This document shows positions 16,818 through 28,137 of a stretch of 64,000 nt of DNA, in pieces. Every line of letters starts with the position of its first letter. Position 1 is the first letter of the stretch. Location of the stretch: assembly GCA_018399995.1 (NCBI GenBank), contig JAGYMU010000003.1, positions 2,873 to 66,872 of the forward strand. Reading direction: 5' to 3'. The position numbers and the translations under genes are program-made. This DNA is from Halanaerobiales bacterium. GTDB lineage: Bacteria > Bacillota > Halanaerobiia > Halanaerobiales > M55B127. Under the pieces are notes generated by a model that had not been told where the DNA came from, searched no databases, and saw only the letters and a program-made list of their open reading frames with translations.

Positions 16818-17368
16818 TGAGGGAATTAGCTTTGCATATTCTGGATGTTGCTGAGAATTCTATTGAAGCAGGGGCTGATAATTTATGGATTAAAGTTGAG
16901 GAATACTGTAAATTAAATCAACTTTATATCACAATTACTGATGATGGACCCGGTATTAATCAAGAAAGCTTAATAAATATTACAGATCCCTTTATAACGA
17001 GCAGAAGTTTAAGACCGGTTGGTTTGGGACTATCCTTATTTAAAGCAGCCGCTGAGAGATGTGAGGGGCATTTAAAAATTAATTCCAGCCAGGAAGGGAC
17101 AAAAGTAAAAGCGGTGTTCAAATATAATCATATAGATAGAGCCCCTCTGGGTAACATTGCACAGACTATAGTATCTATTCTATTAAGGGCTGATAAATTG
17201 GATTTAAATTATCGCCACATCTATGAGCAGGAGTGTTTTGTTTTTGATAGCAAAAAAATTAAAGATGAACTTAAAGGTGTAAGTTTAAAAAATGGAAAAA
17301 TAATAAGCTGGTTAAAAAAATATATAGAGGATAATGTAAAAGCATTACATGGAGGTGGATTTAGTTGA
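16817..17368 (+). CDS. GHKL (HATPase_c) ATPase embedded in the hydrogenase operon
   Basis: LDVAENSIEAGA (N box), DDGPGI (G1), GLGLSL (G2). The start overlaps the hydC stop (TAATG). No His-kinase dimerisation domain. Confidence 0.75.
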   Translation: MRELALHILDVAENSIEAGADNLWIKVEEYCKLNQLYITITDDGPGINQESLINITDPFITSRSLRPVGLGLSLFKAAAERCEGHLKINSSQEGTKVKAVFKYNHIDRAPLGNIAQTIVSILLRADKLDLNYRHIYEQECFVFDSKKIKDELKGVSLKNGKIISWLKKYIEDNVKALHGGGFS

Positions 17369-17730
17369 AATCTTTAGAGGAATTAAGAGAACTTAGAAAA
17401 AAAGTTGAAAAAGAAATAAAAATGCGCAAAGATAACTCTGCCCCTAAAATTATTATTGGAATGGGTACCTGCGGCATAGCTGCTGGTGCAAGAGAGATTC
17501 TCCAGGCTGTAATGGAGGAGATCAATAAAAGGGATTTAGATGTGGAGGTTTCACAAACGGGCTGTATTGGTATGTGTGAAAAAGAGCCCCTTATGGATGT
17601 TAAATTACCAGGAAAAGATAGAATTACTTATGGTAATTTAAAAAAAGAAGATGTTAAGAGAATCATTGTTAATCATATAATAAATACAAATGTTGTTGCA
17701 GAATTGGTTATAGCAAGATTGGAGGAATAA
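17365..17730 (+). CDS. Thioredoxin-like [2Fe-2S] ferredoxin subunit (HydD-like)
   Basis: GMGTCGIAAGA ... TGCIGMCEKEP Cys pattern. TTG start overlaps the preceding gene. Confidence 0.8.
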   Translation: MKSLEELRELRKKVEKEIKMRKDNSAPKIIIGMGTCGIAAGAREILQAVMEEINKRDLDVEVSQTGCIGMCEKEPLMDVKLPGKDRITYGNLKKEDVKRIIVNHIINTNVVAELVIARLEE

Positions 17731-17749
17731 ATAAAGGAGGTTTGATACA

Positions 17750-19552
17750 GTGAAAGAGAAAATCTATAGATCACATGTGTTAATTTGTACTGGTACCGGC
17801 TGTGTTTCCTCCGGTTCTAAAAATATAAAACATGAGTTACAGGATGAACTCGCAGATAATAATTTATTAGATGAAATAAAAATTGTTGAAACCGGCTGCC
17901 ATGGGTTTTGTGAAAAAGGCCCTATAATGATTGTTTATCCGGAGGGAGTATTTTACTGTCAGCTTAAAAAAGAAGATGTCCAAGAGATAGTACAAGAACA
18001 TCTATTAAAGGGAAGAATCGTTGATAGATTACTTTTTAAAGAGCCTCTTACCGAAGAAAGCATTCCCTCATATAAAGATATTGACTTTTATAAAAAACAG
18101 CACAGGATTGCTCTGGCTAATTGTGGGAAGATCGACCCGGAAAGTATAGAAGAATACATTGCAAATAATGGTTATGAGGCGGCTGGTAAGGCTTTAACTG
18201 AAATGACACCTGCAGAAATTATTGAAGAAGTTAAAAGCTCAGGTCTGCGGGGTAGAGGTGGCGGAGGTTTTCCGACAGGCTTGAAATGGGAATTCGCTTA
18301 TAAGCAGGATAGTGATAAAAAGTATGTAATCTGTAATGCTGATGAAGGAGATCCGGGTGCATTCATGGATCGCAGTATTTTAGAAGGTGATCCTCACAAA
18401 ATAATTGAAGGTATGATAATTTGTGGATATGCGATCGGTGCAGACGAGGGATATGTTTATGTAAGAGCTGAATATCCGCTTGCTATCAAACGCCTGCAAA
18501 AAGCAATAAGCAATGCAGAAGAACTGGGTTTACTGGGAGACAATATATTTAGTTCCGGTTTTAATTTTAAATTAAATATTAAAAAGGGAGCAGGTGCTTT
18601 TGTCTGTGGAGAAGAAACTGCTTTAATGGCTTCAATAGAGGGGAAAAGGGGTATGCCAAATCCCAGACCTCCTTATCCAGCTGAAAAGGGATTATGGGGA
18701 AAACCTACCAATATAAATAATGTAGAAAGTTATGCTAATATTCCTCATATTATAGCAAAAGGAGCAGAAAAATTTTCTTCAATAGGTACTGAAAACAGCA
18801 AGGGGACTAAGGTATTTGCTTTAACAGGTAAGATTAAAAACACAGGTTTAGTGGAGGTTCCAATGGGAACAACACTCAGAGAAGTAGTTTTTGATATTGG
18901 AGGAGGATTAACTGAAGGTAAAAAATTTAAGGCTATCCAAACCGGTGGTCCTTCTGGTGGTTGTATACCATCTAATTATTTGGATTTACCCATTGACTAT
19001 GATTCTTTATTAGAGGTGGGGGCGATGATGGGTTCAGGGGGTATGGTTGTTATGGATGATAGCACCTGTATGGTAGATGTGGCACGCTTCTTTTTATCCT
19101 TTACCCAGAGTGAATCTTGTGGTAAATGCACACCCTGTCGAGAAGGAACAAAGAGGATGCTTGAAATTTTAAACAGGATTTGTCAGGGTGAAGGTGAACA
19201 AGGAGATATTTTGCTTTTAGAGGAATTTGGACACCACATAAAAGAAACAGCCCTTTGCGGATTGGGCCAAAGTGCCCCCAATCCAGTTTTAAGTACGATC
19301 AAGTATTTTAAAAAAGAGTATGAATCTCATATATATGATAAGAGATGTCCGGCTGGTGTTTGTAGTGAACTGTCTGCTGCCTTTGTAATTAATAAAGAAG
19401 AATGTGTAGGATGTGGACAATGTGTTAAGGTCTGTCCAGTAGATGCAGTAATTAGAGATAAAGAAGAAAATTACTCAATTGATGATAATTTATGTATTTC
19501 TTGTGGGGCCTGTGCCCAAAAATGTCCTGTTGATGCTATAAAACAGGGTTGA
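17750..19552 (+). CDS. hydB: NuoF-like flavoprotein subunit (HydB): N-terminal 2Fe-2S, FMN/NADH site, N3-type 4Fe-4S, C-terminal 2x[4Fe-4S]
   Basis: GLRGRGGGGFPTGLKW, NADEGDPGAF, ESCGKCTPCREG, and C-terminal CVGCGQCVKVCP / CISCGACAQKCP. Confidence 0.93.
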   Translation: MKEKIYRSHVLICTGTGCVSSGSKNIKHELQDELADNNLLDEIKIVETGCHGFCEKGPIMIVYPEGVFYCQLKKEDVQEIVQEHLLKGRIVDRLLFKEPLTEESIPSYKDIDFYKKQHRIALANCGKIDPESIEEYIANNGYEAAGKALTEMTPAEIIEEVKSSGLRGRGGGGFPTGLKWEFAYKQDSDKKYVICNADEGDPGAFMDRSILEGDPHKIIEGMIICGYAIGADEGYVYVRAEYPLAIKRLQKAISNAEELGLLGDNIFSSGFNFKLNIKKGAGAFVCGEETALMASIEGKRGMPNPRPPYPAEKGLWGKPTNINNVESYANIPHIIAKGAEKFSSIGTENSKGTKVFALTGKIKNTGLVEVPMGTTLREVVFDIGGGLTEGKKFKAIQTGGPSGGCIPSNYLDLPIDYDSLLEVGAMMGSGGMVVMDDSTCMVDVARFFLSFTQSESCGKCTPCREGTKRMLEILNRICQGEGEQGDILLLEEFGHHIKETALCGLGQSAPNPVLSTIKYFKKEYESHIYDKRCPAGVCSELSAAFVINKEECVGCGQCVKVCPVDAVIRDKEENYSIDDNLCISCGACAQKCPVDAIKQG

Positions 19553-19578
19553 TTTAATCATAAAGGAGGTTAAATAAA

Positions 19579-21300
19579 ATGGACAAAATTAATCTAACTA
19601 TAGATAATAAAGATATAAAAGTTCCCCCGGGTACAACCTTACTAAAGGCGGCTGAAAAAGCTGGTATAGATGTACCTTCACTTTGTTACCATCCTGATTT
19701 AACAATACATGGAGCCTGTAGAGTGTGTGTTATTGAGAACCTAAAAGACAATTCTTTATTGGCCTCTTGTGTAACACCTGTTCAAAATGGTATGGAGTTA
19801 AGTACTCGCAGTATGAAGGCCCGAAAGGCGAGAAGGAGAAATGTAAAACTTTTACTAGCCAACCATCCTAACGATTGTCTGGGATGTGATAGAAATGGGA
19901 GTTGTGAACTGCAGGATATTACACACAACCTCGGTATTTGCAGAGAAGACATTGAAGAAATTCAGGGTGAAGTTCGCAAGGTGCCGCGTGATCAGGTTGG
20001 TCCTGCCTTGAAAAGAGATCCAAATAAATGTATTTTATGTGGGCGTTGTGTTCGGGTTTGTGAAGAGGTTCAAGGGGTTTCAGCTTTACAGTTCAGTAAT
20101 AGGGGTTTTGATTCGATTGTGACAACTGCCTTTGATTTGCCTCAGAGTGAGATAAATTGTGCAAACTGTGGTCAGTGTGCTACGGTATGTCCAGTAGGAG
20201 CGATTACTGAGGTTAGTGAAATTAAAAATGTATGGGAGGCCTTAGAAGATGATAATCTACATGTGGTCTGTCAAACAGCACCTTCTATACAGGCAACTAT
20301 CGGTGAAGAATTTGGATATAAAGCCGGTACGGTCGTAACGGGAAAACTAATTGCAGCTCTGGATAAATTGGGTTTTGACCGTGTATTTTCAACAGAATTT
20401 ACAGCAGATTTAACAATTATGGAAGAGGGAGCAGAGTTTCTTCAGCGTATAACTAAAAATGAGAATTTACCTCATATTACTTCCTGTTGTCCTGGTTGGG
20501 TAAAGTATGCTGAACACAACTATCCTGAGTTATTAAACCATCTATCAAGCGCTAAGTCTCCCCAACAGATGTTTTCTGCTTTATCTAAAACTTACTATGC
20601 TGAGAAAGAAGGCCTTGATCCAGAAAAAATCTATACGGTTTCCATTATGCCCTGTACTGCCAAGAAGTTTGAAAAGGAAAGAGAAGAAATAAATGCATCC
20701 CAATCTAAAGATACAGATGCAGTATTAACGACAAGAGAACTAGCCAGAATGATCAAAGAAGTTGGTATTAAATTTGAAATGTTAGAAGACAAGGAATATG
20801 ATATATTAATGGGTAAACACACGGGTGCCGGCACGATATTTGGAACAACAGGGGGGGTGGCTGAAGCTGCCGTAAGAACTGTTAAAGAAAAACTAACAGG
20901 TGAGCCATTAAACAGATTAGATCTTGGTTTTAAAGGAATAAATAAAGCTGAAGTTGTGATAAATGATAAAATTATAAGAGTTGCTATAGTAAATGGTTTA
21001 AAAAATGCAGAAAAGATCTTAAAAGAAGTGAAAAAAGGTCAATCTAACTATGATTTTGTAGAAATAATGGCCTGTCCACATGGTTGTGTGGGAGGAGGAG
21101 GACAACCCCTCCCGGTTGATGAAAAAACTAAAGAGCTACGTGGGAATAGTCTCTCCCATACAGACCGACAGAGTGTAGTAAGGAGATCACATAAGAATCC
21201 AATGATTGAAAAATTATATTCTGAATATCTCAAAGAACCTAATGGCAGCAAATCTCATCAATTGCTCCATACATCTTATAAAAAGAGAGCTAAGAATTAA
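19579..21300 (+). CDS. hydA: Catalytic [FeFe]-hydrogenase HydA (M3-type with 2Fe-2S and three accessory 4Fe-4S clusters)
   Basis: Canonical H-cluster motifs TSCCPGW, MPCTAKKFE and MACPHGCVGGGGQP. The N-terminus carries plant-type 2Fe-2S and ferredoxin-like Cys clusters. Confidence 0.95.
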   Translation: MDKINLTIDNKDIKVPPGTTLLKAAEKAGIDVPSLCYHPDLTIHGACRVCVIENLKDNSLLASCVTPVQNGMELSTRSMKARKARRRNVKLLLANHPNDCLGCDRNGSCELQDITHNLGICREDIEEIQGEVRKVPRDQVGPALKRDPNKCILCGRCVRVCEEVQGVSALQFSNRGFDSIVTTAFDLPQSEINCANCGQCATVCPVGAITEVSEIKNVWEALEDDNLHVVCQTAPSIQATIGEEFGYKAGTVVTGKLIAALDKLGFDRVFSTEFTADLTIMEEGAEFLQRITKNENLPHITSCCPGWVKYAEHNYPELLNHLSSAKSPQQMFSALSKTYYAEKEGLDPEKIYTVSIMPCTAKKFEKEREEINASQSKDTDAVLTTRELARMIKEVGIKFEMLEDKEYDILMGKHTGAGTIFGTTGGVAEAAVRTVKEKLTGEPLNRLDLGFKGINKAEVVINDKIIRVAIVNGLKNAEKILKEVKKGQSNYDFVEIMACPHGCVGGGGQPLPVDEKTKELRGNSLSHTDRQSVVRRSHKNPMIEKLYSEYLKEPNGSKSHQLLHTSYKKRAKN

Positions 21301-21328
21301 AAAGCCCAAATAATAAATTTATAGCAAT

Positions 21329-21366
21329 TCCCACCTCATAATTTCATAAGGGGTGGGATTCTTGAT
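21329..21366 (+). terminator. Terminator after hydA
   Basis: TCCCACC (21329-21335) pairs with GGTGGGA (21352-21358) and is followed by a T-rich tail. Confidence 0.55.
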
Positions 21367-21432
21367 TTAAGGCAGATACTAAAGTATAATAATAGTAACC
21401 TACTTTTAATTGTATCTAGATATTTTAGGGAA

Positions 21433-21927
21433 GTGAAAATTTTGAATATTATTTCTGAAGATATAGAACAGACTAAAAATTTGGGTAAAAATTTAGCTCT
21501 TTTGATCAAAAAAGATCGTAAAAGGTTTTCTCAAATAATTTTGTTAACAGGTGATTTAGGAGCCGGGAAAACAATATTTGTAAAGGGAATTGCTGATGGA
21601 TTAAATATTGATAAAAATATTACTAGTCCCACTTTCAACTTAATTAATGAATATGATGGTAATCCAGGTCTAATTCACATGGACTTTTATAGATTAAACC
21701 ATAAAAAAGAATTAATAGATATAGGAATAGAAGAGTACTTAAATTTAAATATGGTCAAGGCTGTAGAGTGGCCGCAGTTAATTTTTGACTATATTAATGA
21801 TGAGTTTATTTTTATTAAAATAATAAATATAGCAAAAAATAGGCGAGAAATAATTATAAAAGCAGAAGGAAAGATTAGTAAAAAAATAATTAGAGGACTG
21901 AAAGATAATGTTAATATTAGGAATTGA
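21433..21927 (+). CDS. tsaE: tRNA t6A37 biosynthesis ATPase TsaE
   Basis: GDLGAGKT P-loop, SPTFNLINEY, HMDFYRL. Confidence 0.85.
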   Translation: MKILNIISEDIEQTKNLGKNLALLIKKDRKRFSQIILLTGDLGAGKTIFVKGIADGLNIDKNITSPTFNLINEYDGNPGLIHMDFYRLNHKKELIDIGIEEYLNLNMVKAVEWPQLIFDYINDEFIFIKIINIAKNRREIIIKAEGKISKKIIRGLKDNVNIRN

Positions 21928-22639
21928 TACCAGTACAGATATCTGTTCAATTGGTCTCTGTCAGTCACGAAAATTTTTAGGAGAGATTAATATAAAATTA
22001 AAAAAAAGACACAGTGAGAGGCTTTTACCGCTCATTGATAGATTACTTTCGGAAAGCGGATATGATATTCAAGATATCAATGGGGTTGCCGTTACTAAAG
22101 GCCCTGGATCATTTACCGGTCTACGCATAGGTTTGAGCACTGTTCAGGCTTTTAAACAGGCTCTCGATATACCTGTGTATTCAGTATCTACTCTTAAATA
22201 TATGGCTTTTTCAATCAGTCATTACTATAATAAAGTCATATTAATTCCTACCATAGACGCCCTTAATAAGAGGGTATATACTGCTTTATTTCGCCAAGCT
22301 GATGATAACTTAAACAGAATAACTCAGGATAAAGCAGTCCAGATCACCAGTCTTATTGAAAATATAAATGATTATAATCTTAACAAAATAATATTCGGCT
22401 CAGGAGCAAATCAATATTTTCAATTGTTAAAAGAGGCAGATTTAAAAAACGCCAAATTGATCACAAATAACATGGGCATGGGGGGATTCAATTTGGCTGT
22501 TATGGGGTATCACTTTATACAATATGGTCATGATACAGAGTTTACTGATCTTGTTCCAAAATATTTAAAGAAACCTCAGGCCAGGCTTGATTGGGAAAAG
22601 AAGTATTTACAGGGGGATGAAGATGGAAATATATCTTGA
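21908..22639 (+). CDS. tsaB: tRNA t6A37 biosynthesis protein TsaB
   Basis: ILGIDTS N-terminus and GPGSFTGLRIG motif, placed between tsaE and rimI. Confidence 0.85.
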   Translation: MLILGIDTSTDICSIGLCQSRKFLGEINIKLKKRHSERLLPLIDRLLSESGYDIQDINGVAVTKGPGSFTGLRIGLSTVQAFKQALDIPVYSVSTLKYMAFSISHYYNKVILIPTIDALNKRVYTALFRQADDNLNRITQDKAVQITSLIENINDYNLNKIIFGSGANQYFQLLKEADLKNAKLITNNMGMGGFNLAVMGYHFIQYGHDTEFTDLVPKYLKKPQARLDWEKKYLQGDEDGNIS

Positions 22640-23084
22640 CGTAATGAAGGAAGATGATCTGGGTTGTGTTTTAAAAATAGAAAAAGAGTGTTTTTCTAAT
22701 CCCTGGAATGTTAAGTTTTTTAGAGAAGAATTAATACACAATACTTTTGCTATGTATCTAACTGCAAAGGTTGATAAAATGATTGTGGGCTATGTGGGCT
22801 GCTGGTTTAAAAACCATGTGAAGGAAATTCATGTTGTTAATTTGGCTGTTAAAAGTTTATATAGGAAAAAGGGAATTGGGACTTACTTAATAGAAGAAAT
22901 TATTGACATGGCCCAAAATTTGAAAGCAGATTATGTAACACTTGAAGTTAGAGTTACAAACAAAAAAGCTATCAAACTCTATAAAGAGCTGGGTTTTTAT
23001 GAAGCCGGGCTTACCCCGGATTATTATCTAGATAATAAAGAAGATGCATTATTGATGAAAAAGGAGCTTAATAAAGATGACTGA
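22623..23084 (+). CDS. rimI: Ribosomal-protein-alanine N-acetyltransferase
   Basis: GNAT acetyl-CoA motif (VKSLYRKKGIGTYL) in tsaB-rimI-tsaD synteny. ATG 22623 is preferred over the upstream in-frame start at 22587. Confidence 0.85.
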   Translation: MEIYLDVMKEDDLGCVLKIEKECFSNPWNVKFFREELIHNTFAMYLTAKVDKMIVGYVGCWFKNHVKEIHVVNLAVKSLYRKKGIGTYLIEEIIDMAQNLKADYVTLEVRVTNKKAIKLYKELGFYEAGLTPDYYLDNKEDALLMKKELNKDD

Positions 23085-24090
23085 TGATGTTAAAATTTTA
23101 GCTATAGAAACCTCCTGTGATGAGACCGCTGCCGCTGTTAGTCAGAACGGATTGAATATCCTTTCCAGTATTGTAGCTTCCCAGGTTGATTGGCATCGTA
23201 AGTATGGAGGAGTAGTTCCAGAAATTGCTTCACGCAAACATATGGAGTTTATCGAGCCTGTAATCGAAGAAGCCCTTAATAAAGCCGAGGTACAACTTAA
23301 AGATCTTGATGCTGTGGCAGCCACCTATGGACCGGGCTTAGTTGGTTCGTTATTAGTAGGTTTATCTTACGGAAAATCTTTAGCTTATGCCCTCCATAAA
23401 CCTTTTATTGGTGTGAACCATATAGCGGGTCATATCTATGCGAATTTCATTTCAAAGAAAGATATTAAAAAACCAGTAGTATGTTTAACTGTTTCTGGCG
23501 GACATACAGACCTCCTTTATTTTGAAGGGTATGGAGAATATCAAATAATGGGTAGAACAAAAGATGATGCAGCTGGAGAAGCCTTTGATAAAATAGCAAG
23601 ATATTTAGGTTTGGGTTATCCCGGCGGTCCAATAATTGAAAAAAAAGCTAAAAAAGGCCAGGAAGATGCAATTGATTTTCCCAGACCTTTTTTAAATAAA
23701 GATAATTATGATTTTAGCTTTAGTGGATTAAAGACTGCGGTTATCAATTATATTCATACACAAACACAGAAGGGTAATGAATTAAATATATATGATATAG
23801 CTGCAAGCTTTCAAAGAGCTGTTATAGATATTTTGACTGAAAAAACAGTCAAAGCGGCTTTAGATAAAAAGGTAAGAACTGTAATATTGTCGGGGGGAGT
23901 TGCAGCAAATAAAAGATTTAGAGAGGTTCTTAAAAAAAGATTGAATCAATATAAAATTCCATTATATTACCCCGAACTTAAATTGTGTACCGATAATGCT
24001 GCTATGATAAGTACTGTTGCATATTATCAGTATCTAAAAGATGATTTTGCGGAACTTAATCTAAATGCGGATCCTAATCTTAAATTATAG
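23077..24090 (+). CDS. tsaD: tRNA N6-adenosine threonylcarbamoyltransferase TsaD
   Basis: ILAIETSCDETAAAV, VNHIAGHI, SGGHT, GEAFDK, SGGVAAN motifs. Confidence 0.95.
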   Translation: MTDDVKILAIETSCDETAAAVSQNGLNILSSIVASQVDWHRKYGGVVPEIASRKHMEFIEPVIEEALNKAEVQLKDLDAVAATYGPGLVGSLLVGLSYGKSLAYALHKPFIGVNHIAGHIYANFISKKDIKKPVVCLTVSGGHTDLLYFEGYGEYQIMGRTKDDAAGEAFDKIARYLGLGYPGGPIIEKKAKKGQEDAIDFPRPFLNKDNYDFSFSGLKTAVINYIHTQTQKGNELNIYDIAASFQRAVIDILTEKTVKAALDKKVRTVILSGGVAANKRFREVLKKRLNQYKIPLYYPELKLCTDNAAMISTVAYYQYLKDDFAELNLNADPNLKL

Positions 24091-24099
24091 GTGATCTAT

Positions 24100-25449
24100 A
24101 TGCAAAAAAACCAAAGAGAATATTATTTATATAAAAGTGTGCAGGAAGATAACATTTTGCCTTTGACTTCAAAATGTAACCTATCCTGTATTTTTTGCAG
24201 TCATAAGCAGAATCCCCCTGAGGTAGAGATAATTAGAATGGGAGATCTCGGTTTTAATAAAGCAGTTGAGCTAATTGATTTTTTAAACCCTGATAAGCCT
24301 ATAGTTATAGGTGAATCAGCTACAAAAATTATTGAGGGGGAACCACTACTTCATCCCAACAAAATAAAAATATTAAAAGCAATCAGAAAAAAATATGAAA
24401 ATACAGAAATAAAGATAACAACTAATGGACTTCTTATCGATCAAAAATTTATTAATTTTATTAAAAATAACAAGAAGATTACTTTAAATATTTCTGTTAA
24501 TTATATAGAAGATAGTCTAAGAAAAGAAGTAATGGGCAAACAGGTTGGGCCACCTATATTAGATATAATTAATAAAATTAGGCAAAATGGATTTGACTAC
24601 CATTTTAGTACAGTAGCCCTACCGCATCTTTTTGGATATGAAAAAATTAAAAAAGAATTAATAAAGATGGCCGAATATGATCCTTTAACCATCAGGGTAT
24701 TTATGCCGGGATTTACAAAATATACTTCTGAAAAACTAAAGTTTAATCACAGAAAGGTCTATGATAAACTAGCTGCTATAATTCATAAGCTGAATTTATT
24801 GAACGAAGTCCCCATTATAATAGAACCTCCCCGCCTACAGAACTTAAATAAGATCATTATTGGAGTTATTAAAAAAAGTCCTGCTGATAAAGCGGGCCTT
24901 AAATACTTAGATGAGATAATTGAAGTGAATAATAGAGTAACAATTTCAAGGGTCGAGACTTTTAATCTAATTAAGAGTTTAAAAAACCCTCTGTTAAAGT
25001 TAAAAAGAGGTCACAGTGAAATAAAAAAGGTTCTCAATAAAGGAGTGGGAAAGTCGTCCGGTATAATTATGAATTTTGATTTGCCCTTAGAGAAGATTAA
25101 TGAGTTAGATAGGTTATTATCTGTAAATCAAGATAAAAGAATTTTAATTTTGAGTTCAGAATTGGGTTATCAGTTCATGAAGTATCTGGTGAGAAAATAT
25201 TTAGATTACCAAAGCAAAGAAAAGATAAAGATCAAAGGTGTAAAAAACAGTTTGATGAAGGGCTCAATTATATCAGCGGGCTTGATTACTAACTGTGATG
25301 TTGAACAATTTTTAAAAAATAATATTGATACTTCCTTTGATCTATTAATCTTACCCGCAATAATGTATGATATTTTTAATAATGATCTCTGTGGAGAGAG
25401 TTATAAAAATCTAAAAGAAAAGTTCAATATTCAGGTTGAAATTATATAA
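24100..25449 (+). CDS. Radical SAM protein with PDZ domain (DUF512-like)
   Basis: CNLSCIFCSH (CxxxCxxC) near the N-terminus and a central PDZ-like segment (IIGVIKKSPADKAGLKYLDEIIEVNN). Confidence 0.7.
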   Translation: MQKNQREYYLYKSVQEDNILPLTSKCNLSCIFCSHKQNPPEVEIIRMGDLGFNKAVELIDFLNPDKPIVIGESATKIIEGEPLLHPNKIKILKAIRKKYENTEIKITTNGLLIDQKFINFIKNNKKITLNISVNYIEDSLRKEVMGKQVGPPILDIINKIRQNGFDYHFSTVALPHLFGYEKIKKELIKMAEYDPLTIRVFMPGFTKYTSEKLKFNHRKVYDKLAAIIHKLNLLNEVPIIIEPPRLQNLNKIIIGVIKKSPADKAGLKYLDEIIEVNNRVTISRVETFNLIKSLKNPLLKLKRGHSEIKKVLNKGVGKSSGIIMNFDLPLEKINELDRLLSVNQDKRILILSSELGYQFMKYLVRKYLDYQSKEKIKIKGVKNSLMKGSIISAGLITNCDVEQFLKNNIDTSFDLLILPAIMYDIFNNDLCGESYKNLKEKFNIQVEII

Positions 25450-25541
25450 TGAATTATATATTATATGGGAGATATATAGAGTAATTATGATTATAAGTGT
25501 CTTAATCTTATTTAGGAGCTTTTTATAGTATTTAAGAGTGT

Positions 25542-25570
25542 TTGATTTTAATTAAATACTTAGATATTAT
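25542..25570 (+). promoter_or_regulatory. SigmaA-type promoter of groESL
   Basis: TTGATT, a 17-nt spacer, then TATTAT, 15 nt upstream of CIRCE. Confidence 0.55.
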
Positions 25571-25584
25571 TAATACAGTAATTA

Positions 25585-25611
25585 TTAGCACTCAACTCAA
25601 ATGAGTGCTAA
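25585..25611 (+). promoter_or_regulatory. CIRCE operator (HrcA binding site)
   Basis: Perfect consensus TTAGCACTC-N9-GAGTGCTAA upstream of groES. Confidence 0.95.
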
Positions 25612-25661
25612 TAACAGGTATAAAATATAAATTATATATAAAACTAAAGGGGGTTCATTAA

Positions 25662-25943
25662 ATGAATGTTAAACCATTAGGAGACAGAGTAGCAGTAAAA
25701 TTAGTAGAAAGAGAAGAAAAAACAGAAGGTGGTATCGTAATACCTGATACAGCAAAAAAAGACAAGCCACAAACAGGTGAAGTTTTTGATGTAGGTAGAG
25801 ATTGTTATACTGATGACGAAACACCCGAGGTTAAAAAAGGCGATATGGTGGTATTTGACAAATTTGCTGGTACAGAAGTGACAGTTGATAGTGTAGAGTA
25901 TAAGATAGTAAATATTGAGGATATTGTTGCAGTAATTGGTTAA
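25662..25943 (+). CDS. groES: Co-chaperonin GroES
   Basis: KPLGDRV...EEKTEGGIVIPDTAKKDKPQTGEV typical GroES. Confidence 0.97.
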   Translation: MNVKPLGDRVAVKLVEREEKTEGGIVIPDTAKKDKPQTGEVFDVGRDCYTDDETPEVKKGDMVVFDKFAGTEVTVDSVEYKIVNIEDIVAVIG

Positions 25944-25982
25944 TTTAAAAAAAGCAATCACAAATACAGGGAGGGTTTATAA

Positions 25983-27647
<1,665 letters not shown>

Positions 27648-27668
27648 TAGATAAATAAAATGAAAGCA

Positions 27669-27703
27669 AAGCGGTATACTAAAAAAAGTATACCGCTTTT
27701 TTA
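27669..27703 (+). terminator. Rho-independent terminator of groESL
   Basis: GCGGTATACT-aaaaaaa-AGTATACCGC followed by TTTTTT. Confidence 0.85.
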
Positions 27704-27861
27704 AATGAACTGTTAATTTATATGAAACACTTATTTTATAATTTTAGAGTTAAATTTAATGCTAATAGAGTATCTTTTTTAAAAATAAAGTTTCAACTTA
27801 TTTAATGATATATATTATATTAATCTTAATATCAAAATTATAAAATGATTAACTGAAGTCC

Positions 27862-27900
27862 TAACCTGCAGGAATGTTACATTCCTTCGGGTTTTTTTAT
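27862..27900 (+). terminator. Orphan terminator-like hairpin in the groEL-guaA intergenic region
   Basis: CCTGCAGGAATG-tta-CATTCCTTCGGG followed by TTTTTTT. No annotated ORF lies upstream of it. Confidence 0.5.
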
Positions 27901-28137
27901 ATGCGCATATAAAATATTTTATACTCTTGCTGAACTTCATAATTGTTAAATATACAATTATAAAGGCACAGGCAAATACATTTAATTACAAATTGATTTG
28001 AAATCAGTATTTAAGAGAACTATATATGTTATTCACTGAGAGATCTCAGTTGAAAAGCTCATCTAACTCTATTTACATTTTGTGGTTTTTACCTTATAAT
28101 ATAAATTGTGGTTAAATGTATTTGGGAGGAGATTTTT

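Noticed and set aside
27900-28137. Possible purine riboswitch or other leader element upstream of guaA.
   Set aside because: I could not find the conserved purine-riboswitch junction and loop sequences (UAUAAU...GGAUAUGG...CCGUAAAU-like) or a T-box specifier/antiterminator pattern by eye. This remains unproven without a covariance-model scan.
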